Below are positions 38,801 through 49,984 of a DNA stretch of 64,000 nucleotides, in pieces; the stretch's first letter is position 1, and each line of letters opens with the position of its first letter. The notes beneath the pieces were generated by a model, which worked only from the letters and a program-made list of their open reading frames with translations, was not told where the DNA came from and did not search any database. A program made the translations under genes and the position numbers. The DNA is from Macrostomum lignano (Eukaryota), in NCBI GenBank assembly GCA_002269645.1, contig NIVC01000283.1:653263-717262 (forward strand), given 5' to 3'.

Positions 38801-41361
38801 CCGCACCTAAGCAACAAAATCAAATCGTCGGAATGCTTAGCAAATGCGTCTGGCGAGTGCTGCTGCAGCTGGCACAGCAGGCCAACTAAGCTCAGGTTGC
38901 CTTCGCAGGCGGCAATAATTAGAGGTGTAGCATGGCTGGTCAGAAGCTGTGCTCGGCCAGCGCTGGCCAGGCTGAGGTAGCTGCTCACTGTGCGCCGTAA
39001 AGATGAGTTAGGACAGTTGAGCAGCTTCACCAGCACAGGCAGAGATGAGGACAGCATGGAGCTGCTGTGCCGCGCCTGCGGATGGTTTGGTAAGGGAAGA
39101 GTTGGACAGCATTCTGCTTTGATTGGGGTCGGGGAGACCCGCTGGATCTGGAAGGGGACTCAGTGAGGGATCTGCAGGATGGGAAGACTTAGTGAGGGAT
39201 CTGCAGGATGGGGGGACTCAGTGAGGGATCTGCAGGATGGGGAGACTCAGTGAGGGATCTGCAGGATGGGGGACTCAGTGAGGGATCTGCAGGATGGGGG
39301 ACTCAGTGAGGGATCTGCAGGATGGGGAGACTTAGTGAGGGATCTGCAGGATGGGGAGACTCAGTGAGGGATCTGAAGGATGGGGAGACTCAGTGAGGGA
39401 TCTGCAGGATGGGGGGACTCAGTGAGGGATCTGCAGGATGGGGAGACTCAGTGAGGGATCTGCAGGATGGGGGGACTCAGTGAGGGATCTGCAGCATGGG
39501 GAGACTTAGTGAGGGATCTGCAGGATGGGAAAAGAGAATCAGTGAGGGATCTGCAGGGTGGGAAAAGAGAATCAGTGAGGGATCTGCAGGGTGGGAAAAG
39601 AGAATCAGTGAGAGATCTGCAGGGTGGGAAAAGAGAATCAGTGAGGGATCTGCAGGGTGGGAAAAGAGAATCAGTGAGGGATCTGCAGGGTGGGAAAAGA
39701 GAATCAGTGAGGGATCTGCAGGGTGCGAAAAGAGAATCAGTGAGGGATCTGCAGGATGGGAAGACTTAGTGAGGGATCTGCAGGATGGGGGGACTCAGTG
39801 AGGGATCTGCAGGATGGGGAGACTCAGTGAGGGATCTGCAGGATGGGGGGACTCAGTGAGGGATCTGCAGGATGGGGGGACTCAGTGAGGGATCTGCAGG
39901 ATGGGGAGACTTAGTGAGGGATCTGCAGGATGGGGAGACTCAGTGAGGGATCTGAAGGATGGGGAGACTCAGTGAGGGATCTGCAGGATGGGGGGACTCA
40001 GTGAGGGATCTGCAGGATGGGGAGACTCAGTGAGGGATCTGCAGGATGGGGGGACTCAGTGAGGGATCTGCAGGATGGGGAGACTTAGTGAGGGATCTGC
40101 AGGATGGGAAAAGAGAATCAGTGAGGGATCTGCAGGGTGGGAAAAGAGAATCAGTGAGGGATCTGCAGGGTGGGAAAAGAGAATCAGTGAGAGATTTGCA
40201 GGGTGGGAAAAGAGAATCAGTGAGGGATCTGCAGGGTGGGAAAAGAGAATCAGTGAGGGATCTGCAGGGTGGGAAAAGAGAATCAGTGAGGGATCTGCAG
40301 GGTGCGAAAAGAGAATCAGTGAGGGATCTGCAGGATGGGGAGACTCAGTGAGGGATCTGCAGGATGGGGAGACTCAGTTAGGGATCTGCAGGATGGGGGA
40401 CTCAGTGAGGGATCTGCAGGGTGGGAAAAGAGAATCAGTGAGGGATCTGCAGGGTGGGAAAAGAGAATCAGTGAGGGATCTGCAGGGTGGGTAAAGAGAA
40501 TCCGTGAGGGATCTGCAGGGTGCGAAAAGAGAATCAGTGAGGGATCTGCAGGGTGGGAAAAGAGAATCAGTGAGGGATCTGCAGGGTGGGAAAAGAGAAT
40601 CAGTGAGGGATCTGCAGGGTGGGAAAAGAGAATCAGTGAGGGATCTGCAGGGTGGGAAAAGAGAATCCGTGAGGGATCTGCAGGGTGCGAAAAGAGAATC
40701 AGTGAGGGATCTGCAGGGTGGGAAAAGAGAATCAGTGAGGGATCTGCAGGGTGGGAAAAGAGAATCAGTGAGGGATCTGCAGGGTGGGAAAAGAGAATCA
40801 GTGACGGATCTGCAGGATGGGGAAGGGGTCAAGGATCACTAGAGGTGACTATCAGCATTGCAGTTACCTGGAACAGACAGGACAGCAGATCGCTGGCCAG
40901 TCTTACTGGTAGAGGGTCGCTTCCGCAGCCATCAGAGCCTGACACATTACCAGCCAATGGCAATTCGGCACATCTGGCCAGCAGTTTGAGCAGGGCAGGC
41001 AGGTGAGCCTCCAGTTTGCCAGTCTCTTTCAATGAGCGACAGATTCTTGCAACGCAAAGTTCCACAGCGCTGGACTGAAGAGGGAGAATGAGGGGTTGAG
41101 ATCAATGCATCCAGAGGAATACAGTCACAAGGAGGAATAATACTAATGAATTAAAGGGCTCACTTGACCAGGGGTCAGGGCAAGGTTCTGCCCCTGACTG
41201 CAGCCACCATTGCTTGCCAAAGTACCACTGAGACACTGCAATCGCACATAAGCCAGAGCTTCATCAGCCTCGCTGAGGACAGTCTCATTGTCTAAGCTGA
41301 ACAGCTGACTGCCAACTGACAAGTCACCATGAACCAGCAGCCGCTCTAGCAGGTCTAGCAT
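32883..41361 (-). CDS. VEPH1: Melted / ventricular zone-expressed PH domain protein; exons 41361-41164, 41074-40868, 39075-38807, 38060-37258, 36044-35383, 33254-32883; ~836 aa
   Basis: N-terminus 'MLDLLERLLVHGDLSVGSQLFS...VELCVARICRSLKETG...LASDLLSCLFQ' and C-terminal block 'QPRLWLHLLFL...VTSAFP...FFDLFEFNG..GMWCCFECNH' match the Melted/VEPH1 family, followed by a PH-like C-terminus. Six exons join in frame with GT-AG sites (total 2511 nt). Confidence 0.88.
33275..33850. repeat. VEPH1 intron 5 minisatellite (GGCGATTCTCATATGAGATTGA..)n
   Basis: Tandem units containing the TCTCATATGAGA palindrome. Confidence 0.93.
34680..35372. repeat. VEPH1 intron 5 40-bp minisatellite (CAAATTAAACTACACAAATCCCAATTAGGAGATATTTTAG)n
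   Basis: Tandem units abutting the exon 5 donor. Confidence 0.96.
36088..37115. repeat. VEPH1 intron 4 minisatellites: 21-bp (GGGATCTGCATTGGGTCATTA) and 23-bp (GGGAGCTAAATTAGGGATCACTA)
   Basis: Tandem units visible. Confidence 0.96.
38070..38640. repeat. VEPH1 intron 3 ~25-bp minisatellite (AAGAATAGCGATTCTTAGAAAGGGG)n
   Basis: Tandem units abutting the exon 4 acceptor. Confidence 0.95.
39150..40825. repeat. VEPH1 intron 2 compound minisatellite (CAGTGAGGGATCTGCAGG core; ~29- and 33-bp units) with higher-order ~580-bp duplication
   Basis: Two unit variants alternate in blocks; the block starting ~39467 recurs at ~40046. Confidence 0.95.
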
Positions 41362-44300
41362 ATATGCACCCCAGCTAGCAATAGCTGCAATATGAATTTA
41401 AACATTTAAACACTGGTTTTCAAATAAAATTAACATTTTAAATAAATATAAATTAAGGAAATTTATAGTTGACTTTTAAAAAAGGGTTTTTCATATTGTA
41501 TAGCCAAAAACCCAAATAGTCCAGACCATGGCAATGTAGTTAATAAAACTTCCTAGCTAGTTTCAATGTTATAATGTCTATATTCAATATAAAATATGCA
41601 TATGGAAATAGAAATACATATTAATATTTCTATATACAAGCACTTAGCTAATCTAGTTACAAAATCAACCAACCTTCAATTCTAAATCAAAAAGAAAATA
41701 TGTACATTTAAAGAAAGCTTTCAATTTTATAATAAGGAAATAAAAAATAACAATTTGATTCTAAGCCCTATATTTATCTTATTTCAAGGCATTAGTAATG
41801 TATAATTTTTTTGTTTTTTAAAAAGCAAAATATTCTAATTTTATAAATTGAATGCATTTGACTCTATTTTAGGCCTACTAATAAATATAAATAAACCACT
41901 AGGCTTATGTTACTTTTAGAAAATACTGTATCAAAAATATTATTAAAGCATTCAATATTTTGTCTTGAAGTCAATATCATTGAAACTTGAAAGAGTGACC
42001 AAAATTATTATTACGTAGAGATAACGTACAGAGACAACAAATAGTCTTTATCTTCATTACATTAATTTACCAGAGCAAATACTATAATTAATATAATTTT
42101 ACAATAGGCTTTTATATAATTAGCTATTCCTATCCTAGACATTTATTATTTTGCTACAAATTATGATTATCTACTATTTAATATAAACCATATAATTTTT
42201 TCTGGCGATCTTCCAGTTTGTTTTGCAATATTATTTTCGAGTTTTAAATGGTACATCAATCAGTCAATGTAATGACACGCCAGAAAATGATGTCTATGGC
42301 CAGAAGGAATGCTTTAATGATTTAATAATAATTTGCTTTAATGAAAAGATACTAGACCTAGGGCCAAGGTCTATGTATTTAAAACTCTATTCAATGCAAA
42401 TTAATGCTTTAGCCTTTATGTTTAATTTATTCAAAAGAGATTAATTGAAAACATTGTCTGAAAGCAAGGTAGGCCCTATTTAAATAATTATACATTTATT
42501 ATTAATTATATGCGGTGGTAGATGGTATTGTGGCAGTGGGATGCCACTGATCGGTGGAAAACATTAACTGAAATTTACGTAACATTGTGGCAGTGGGGTT
42601 GCCACCATTTAATAATATTGTGGTAGGGTGAGCCTCCCACTTGAACTTTTGAAAATGTAATCTTCCCCGTTTCTGGTCGTAATTTTGTCGTGTTCCGGGT
42701 CTGGCCCTCCTATGTCCACCTTATGGTGCTGCCCTACGTCACCCCTTCCGTCATCTCCCGCTCCCCGGTTCTGGCCCTGGGTCCCCTGGTTCTGGCCTTT
42801 GTGCCCTTTTTTGTGCTCTTTAATTTTTGCCCATTTTCCCAATGTAATTTTTCTTTGGTACATATTTATGACCTCATGGTCCAGTGAAATTTAAAGTTTC
42901 TCTTTTTCTGTTCGTTAATGCCAAGATTATGTACCATTAAAATACTATAAATATTGCGCAGGGGGGTGCTAGAATTTCACTCCTGTTTGTTACTCCGTTT
43001 TTGTTTTACTCCGTTTAGTTACTGTTTTAATCCGAGTTCAATCTGCTTTATCAACCTTATACTCTTTAGCCTATATTGATAGTAACTAATCTCATTAATA
43101 ACTGATTATTTGTAATCGCTCTCGCGGCACCACCTGCCTTCATCAATCGTCGTTTAAATAAAATAATAATAATTTAGTTAGTTGTCATCCGTTTCAATAA
43201 CTTAATAAGCCAATTAATTATCGTTAATTAATCAAGACCATAGCTTATCTTGAGTCATTTGCCCGTGGGGCGTAAAATAACCCAGTCTCATCTCGAAGCA
43301 AGCTCTGAGACTATCAACGTTCCGAAATACGCAAATTACGGTGGTGGCAGCGCTACTCTACTGTTAGTAACACAACAAGAATACGAGGTACATTGAGTTT
43401 ACGGTGTCTGAGGACCCGCATCTGAACGCTCGCGCCAAGCACAGACCGCTCGCCTACGACTAAACTACCCCCCCCCCGGGATTGAGGACCCCGGCAGACG
43501 GAGCAACTACAAGTCGTTCTATTGGGATTCGTTCACCAATTTTCCGGATTCAATTCGTGCGAGATAACGACGGCGCCAATTCGAAGGCCTGAGCCGCAAA
43601 CACTCGACTTCCAAACAGACGAACACCGGACAGATATTCTCCCAACGACCACCCGCAAATCTAAATCGCCCCCCACCTCAATATTTTAATAATTTTTCTA
43701 TTTTTAATTGCGTGCCATCTTTTCGTAAGTTTCCAACCCTTGCGGCCAACGGCAGACGGTGACCTCACCCTTTTCCCCCCGGTTGGCCCCGTGTTTGGAC
43801 CATTGGTTGTTATAGATTTTTCCTTAGTTGGTCAATATAATTTTCATTGGTTGAGTTTTAATAATTTTGTGTGTATTTTTGCGGCTTTTGTTTTATAACC
43901 TGAGTGTGGACCCGTGTGTGGCCCCGGTGTTGATAAGTCGTGGCCCCACACCTGGGAATTTAATAATTTCATTGTATAAATAAGTGTGTTTTCGGTTGAA
44001 TTTCTTAATCTTTACCTTCCCCCCGTTTTTCGTCTTCCATTTTTGTTTTAGTTTCCATTGTTCTCGCTCGCGCTTGTGTTTTCGTGTGTTTCAGTTACAG
44101 TTTAATTCATCCTTAGTTTATTAGCGCACCGGCGTCCACGAACTCATTTTCGTCTGTAGCTTAATTTTTCTTAACAATAATAACCTGCTTGAATTAGTAA
44201 CTTTCTTTGCGTTAATAATAAACAGACGGTCAATTAATCAGTTAATACCTATCCAGTTAATATAAGCCATAGCCTATCTTGAATCCTTTGCCCGTGGGGC

Positions 44301-45765
44301 GTAAAATAACCAATCAGTCTCAACTTAAAGAAAGCTCTGAGACCATTAAACGTTCCGTAATACGTAAATTACGGTGGTGGCAGCAACTACCCTACTAAAA
44401 GTAACGAGTTCAACACTTCGACGCATTAATTCACGGAGGCAGAAACTCCGGAGTTCCTACAACTGAACGACCGTGCCGCTCTACGACCGCTCCGCTACGA
44501 TTACAACTACCCTCTCCCCGGACTTGAGAACCCGGCAGTCGGAGTAAAAGGGGAAGAATTTCGTTGTGATTCGTCCCCAGTGGAAAAGACAACGTTGATC
44601 CAACGGTGTTTCAACGGAGGTATGTCACAAAAGCGTTGGGAACAAAAAAGTTTGTCTTTGTACCCAAAATGGCCCGTAAGCAATTAAAAAAGCTTTTATT
44701 TTGCTTACTGAGCCAATATTTCATTTTTTGAAGTGCGTTGTGAAACCGTTGTAAAACCGTTGTGATTGCTCTTCGTTGAATTGCCGTTGTTTCTCAACGG
44801 TAAACCAAATTTCCCAAAAAGACTGTGAGTAAAACTGAGGTCAGGGAATTGTGTAATAACTCTAGAACTAAGTTGGATTTGCTCTACACAGTACGTATTA
44901 TGTAAAGTGTTTTCTTTTTGGCAACTACTGTGCAGTTTTTTGTTAATAATTAGTAGACAAAATTGGTTTGATAAACTTATATGTTGCAAAGCATCACGAC
45001 GCACGTCTATTTTACATAGTACCAATATTGTTTTGCAATTTCTGTTTGGAGCAGGAGAATGTGGATTTTTGTCATACTTGTTATTTTGATGGTCTGTTTA
45101 GCATATAGTTTCCTCCGATTTTCATGCTCACGTGTTTTATTTTGTGGATGGCTTGTATTGCAGATCCTTTGCAAACTTCACTTTTGAATTAGCTGGCTAG
45201 CTATCTTTTTATGTCATTATGATTAACTCACATGCTATGCATGTTTCAAAATTGTTTTTTCTTTTTTTTAGTTGCATAAATGTACACAACACACATGGCT
45301 TGGCAACAGTGGAAGTGCAATGCCTAATTGTTCTTTGCAATTTAACCCAGCAAGCATGACAGTATATAGCTTTACCTTTAACCCACTATATCTTTACTTT
45401 ATTTAGGGCTTTTATGGGCTATAGCCTAGGAACATATCAATTATTAGCTACTATGTGTGTGTAGATCAATTCCTCAAATGCCAGGTAGATGCTGTGTTTT
45501 CCTTGTTATATATTTGCTATATTTGTATAACTATTTTGTATTGTAGGCCATATTACTATAGCTATGTCATAGCTATATATATTAGCTATAAATATTTATA
45601 TGCTTTAGCTAGTGCCTGTGCAGTGCCAGGTATATATAGAAATAAAAGAATGTAATTGTTTATAATTATTCATGGTAAATATAGTATGAGTATAGTATAG
45701 TATTATTTGCCAATTACTATAAGATATTGTGATATAAATGATTTTACTTGTGAATTATTTTTCAG

Positions 45766-47682
45766 ATGTCCAAACGTAACTTTGCTAGAAAAGTGCTTCA
45801 GGGTTGTTTAGAGGAAATTGAAGTAGAGCAGCTTCAAAAAGCATCTGAACCCATTAACCAAGATCAAGCCCAAGGCAATAATCATCAACAAGATGAAGAA
45901 TTCATTCAAGCTGAAGAATACGACACTGACTTTCTTGGCAACAGTCAGGGCAATCCAATGGATAATAGTGAATCAGATGAAGACCTTGTAGAAGAGGATC
46001 AAGATATACCTGAAGTTGAAGATGCTACGCCAGAGCTAACAATTGAGCAAGAACTGCTTCTATTTTATATACTTTTTAATGTGTCACGCTCTGCTATGGC
46101 TTGGATCCTTGCCTTTTTAAATCGCAAGGGTATTTCAGTTCCAAAGTCTGTATATGGCTTGAAAAAGCATTCTGCTAATTCTTCTTATTATTCTATTATT
46201 GCTACTGAAGGAGACTTTTTCTATGTATCAATGGCCAAAAATTTGGAATTTTGTGTTAGCAATAATTATTTTGACTTTTCAAAATGCATTACTGATTCTG
46301 AAACTGGGCACATAAAAGTAAATTCCATTTTCAGTATAGATGGAATGCCCTTGTATAATAGTTCTTCCATGTCAGCTTGGCCAATTTTAATGAAAGTATC
46401 AGGCTATTTGCGTCCATTGCCCATTGCTATTTTTGTTGGTAAAAGTAAACCATCATTGAATATTTTGTTATCACGCTTCTGTGAAGAGCTAAACATTTTT
46501 TTTAGTAATGGTATTCAAGTTCTTGGCCACCATTTTAAGTTAGTCCGTGCTCTTTTTGTTTGTGATGCCCCTGCTCATGCTCATATCTGCTCTATTATGA
46601 ACCATAACTCTCGCATGGGATGTAGTTATTGTCAAGCTGAAGGTAGATATTTTGCTAATCGTATTGTTTTTTCATCTTCTATTGGTACTTTGCGAACTGA
46701 TCAGTGCTATGCTGATTCTAAAGAAAATAACCAGAAGGTAGGGCATTCAACACCTTTGCTGAGTATTAAAAATATTGGTTTTTATTCTCATTTTCCACCT
46801 GACTATCAACATGCTGTATGTTTAGGTGTTTGTAGAAAAGTTTTTAATTTTCTTTTTTCATCTAAGTTTGGTTCATCTTGTAAGATTTCAGCACTAAAGT
46901 TAAAAGAGCTGTCTGATTTTATTGATAGCTATGCCAAGTTCACTCCTGCTGAGTTTCAGCGGAGGCCTCGCCGTATTGATACAAATTTAGCTCACTTTAA
47001 AGCAACTGAGTTTCGACTCTTTTTGCTATATTTGGGGCCTTTTTTCTTCAGAAAGTTTTTACCACAAAAATACTATGACCACTTTCTTCACTTGCACTTT
47101 TGTATCTATGTTTTTTGCTCTGATGTCCACCAGACTCTCTTACCAAATGCTCATCGTTGTATTGAGATTTTTGTTAAGGAAATGGAGTCATTGTATGGTG
47201 AAGCATCAATTTCTTATAACCCTCACACTTTGCTCCATCTTTATGAATTTGTTTGTCTATATGGAAAACTTGACAATTTTTCTGCATTTGACTTCGAAAA
47301 CTATTTGGGGCATGTTAAAAGACGAATTTCAGTTACCCGCTTTGCTTCTAAGCATATTTTGCACCAGTTTTTTAATGTCCGTGCTACTCTTACAAGTGAT
47401 CCAGCTAGTATTGTGTTTTTTTCTAAGAAGTCTCCAAATAATTGTGCAGTTGTAAATGGAGTTCCAATACTCATTAGTACAGTAGTAGGAAATGTCCTAA
47501 CTGGTCATGTGTTAAAGTTTTCGCATCCTTTGTATACAAGTCCATATTCATCAGAAATTCTGAATATTGGATTTTACCATGTGACACGTAATGTTGTTAC
47601 TGGTAATGCAAGCAGAAAGTGCTTCTTGTTGCCATCATCTGGAGGTGAATATATAGTAATTCCCTATTGTTGCGCTATTTGA
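45766..47682 (+). CDS. CMC/EnSpm-type DDE transposase, 638 aa, uninterrupted ORF
   Basis: Motifs SIDGMP (D1), VCDAPA (D2), GCSYC, PPDYQHAVCLGV, KATEFRLFLLY, SYNPHTLLHL and SAFDFENYLG (E), characteristic of CACTA/Mirage-type transposases. Lies inside the TIRs. Confidence 0.9.
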   Translation: MSKRNFARKVLQGCLEEIEVEQLQKASEPINQDQAQGNNHQQDEEFIQAEEYDTDFLGNSQGNPMDNSESDEDLVEEDQDIPEVEDATPELTIEQELLLFYILFNVSRSAMAWILAFLNRKGISVPKSVYGLKKHSANSSYYSIIATEGDFFYVSMAKNLEFCVSNNYFDFSKCITDSETGHIKVNSIFSIDGMPLYNSSSMSAWPILMKVSGYLRPLPIAIFVGKSKPSLNILLSRFCEELNIFFSNGIQVLGHHFKLVRALFVCDAPAHAHICSIMNHNSRMGCSYCQAEGRYFANRIVFSSSIGTLRTDQCYADSKENNQKVGHSTPLLSIKNIGFYSHFPPDYQHAVCLGVCRKVFNFLFSSKFGSSCKISALKLKELSDFIDSYAKFTPAEFQRRPRRIDTNLAHFKATEFRLFLLYLGPFFFRKFLPQKYYDHFLHLHFCIYVFCSDVHQTLLPNAHRCIEIFVKEMESLYGEASISYNPHTLLHLYEFVCLYGKLDNFSAFDFENYLGHVKRRISVTRFASKHILHQFFNVRATLTSDPASIVFFSKKSPNNCAVVNGVPILISTVVGNVLTGHVLKFSHPLYTSPYSSEILNIGFYHVTRNVVTGNASRKCFLLPSSGGEYIVIPYCCAI

Positions 47683-47988
47683 TTATGATTATACTATTGT
47701 CTTCTGGTACTAAGTCAGTCTTGGTCAATATAGCAATTTCTTTTTTCATGCAACTGTCATCCTAGGGTGTGCAAGTGTACATTTTTCATTATTTGTAGCA
47801 TTAAATGTCTCCTTGTGTGTTCAGCTTGTTTATAAATATAAACACAAATATACATATAATATGAATAACAATTTTTTTATTTTGGTTTCAGACAATATGA
47901 ATTTCTTTATTTGATGTCACAAACATGTCATGTATATATTTCCAACATATTCCCATTATTAAGAGTATTTCTATTTCTCATTTCAGCC

Positions 47989-49984
47989 ATGAAGTTTATC
48001 GTGATCTTTCACGTTGACAAAGAAATAGTCGAATTGAGCGAGACTGAAGTCCTCTTAGAAAACTTCCAAAAATTCACTCTGGACAACTGGCGAAACTTTG
48101 TTGGCGAGCCTATTGCAAGGGCATACTACAATGAGCAAGTATGGGACTGCACAATTCTTCAGGTAACTGCACGCTTTATTCCCTGAATGTTCCCATAATC
48201 ATACTTGTATATGGGGGTCGTTTGGTATTTTTGATTTTCACTAAGTAATTTTGCATTTGCGCTAGGTTCTCCCTGACGACGATTATGACGCCACTGGGAC
48301 GGTAAATTGGCTTCGGGCGTTCAGGCGCGAGAAGCACTGCAAAATCCAAACTCTTTTGGGACTGGTCAAACGAGTACCCGATGGCAGGAGGCAAAGATTC
48401 CTTCCTTTGGAGGTTAGCTACAAACCGTTTTTGTTGCTATAAGTGTGTATTAAAACTTCGAAAGATGTTAACCATTTGTAACCATTAGTCATTATTATTC
48501 AATCGATCTCACGAACTACGTTACTATAAGTAGCGCGCAATCATTCTCAGAATCTGCAGACCGAGTCCGAGTCTGACTGCCAACGATCGCCCTCAAGCTT
48601 CTCACGGTCGGTTAGACTACCCCAAGCTGAGGATTCCGCCAGGGCAGTTCAACAAAGCCCAAGCTCGCTGCCGCTGTTGCCTTTGCCGGAGACAAGAAAC
48701 CCATCGGCTCAGCTAGCGGTTGAAACAGCTCCACCGGAAACGCCCAAATCACTGCCCCACCATGGACAGAACGACAGGTGCAGGTCACAGCAGAGTGCGG
48801 CTGAGTTGCTCAGCCCTTCGGATCAGCCAGGAGCCTTGCGTTTCAATGCAGCTGCAGCTGACGTCGCGTCATTGAACTTCGGTACCGGGGGGCTTGACTT
48901 GCTGAAGGCTAGAATGGAGGCTAAGCTTGGAGTCTCTCTGACATCGCCTCTCGGACTGTGCTACCTGGGGCTCCATACCCTTCGTCGGACATCAGCTTGC
49001 ATGACAACAATCTCAGAATTGAAGCAGTGCATGTCGCGTGCCGCTGCTGCTGCTGCTACTACATTTGGTCCAGTTGATGCAGATGCAGAATGGAAGCCGA
49101 TTGCGACCTGGCCTGACTACATTGACTTCATCAAAAATCCACCGGCTCTCGAATGGGTATGTACATCCAATAGTTTAGTGTTTGTTTTTGCAAAGTCTAT
49201 TATTTCAAAAAGCCTCCGACAGCATGCTTTCACGATAGTTGGAAAATATAATTGTCTCTGACATATTCCACATTTTATTTCATATTAATATTCCATATTT
49301 CTTCGTGACTGTCCATCTACATGTATGATAAAATTATTGGCACCCTTGCAGATGACACGGCTGCTGCTGCCCTGCAAGGCTGACGACCTTGGCAGCACCA
49401 TTCGCCGAATGGTGAGGCGAATTCTGTCACCAGAGATGCTGGCCGCTGTCAATTATAACGGAAAGGGTCTTGGTGCTCTCTCTGGCTCTGAGCTTGGGGA
49501 CACCGAACTTGCCTTTCGATCGGTGTTCTTGCCCAGTATTCTACGTAAGTTCAATGCGCGTGTGTGTGTGTGTGTGTGTGCATATCACATTAAATTCAAT
49601 GATCGAAATTAATTACTGAGTATACTGATTCTTAATTCATTTGATTTACGTATTGATAGGTTTTAAAATCAGACGGCCTATTAGTTTTAGATCAGTTATG
49701 TTTAATAATTGTATTTTTGTGACATACTTTTAGGGACGATGAAGGCAATGTACCGCGATGCTGCTGAGCGTCCAAAAGACCGCGATGTAGAGCTTGCAGT
49801 CATTGCTGCGCTGAAGCTGGGCAAGGACGGGCGAAGTCGTGGACGTCAAGGTCCGACGGAGTCAGGCAGCCAGGCGTCGGCAGCCAGAGTTGGCACATCG
49901 CAAGACCCTCCGCCTGCCAAGGTTCGACGTTCCGTTCAGAAGGTCCCTGACCCTATCATTTACGACGCTGACAGTGATGAGTGA
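47989..49984 (+). CDS. Transposon accessory gene, 5 exons (47989-48162, 48266-48412, 48551-49156, 49352-49544, 49734-49984), 456 aa, C-terminal BEN/DUF4806-like domain
   Basis: All four introns are GT-AG and the spliced frame (1371 nt) is open. The C-terminal 'GSTIRRMVRRILSPEMLAAVNYNGKG...RTMKAMY...DRDVELAVIAALKLGKD' resembles the DUF4806/BEN-like helical domain of animal EnSpm second ORFs (judged by eye). Confidence 0.72.

Noticed and set aside
43249-43680. Hammerhead or other self-cleaving ribozyme in the array core (CTGAGGA motifs)
   Set aside because: No correctly placed stem II followed by GAAA and no NUH cleavage triplet could be built. Twister, pistol and HDV consensus elements were not recognised either.
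44325-44345. RNase P RNA CR-I-like GAAAGCTCTGAGAC
   Set aside because: No downstream CR-V partner (TTCAGAC) to form P4; TGAGAC instead pairs locally with upstream GTCTCA.
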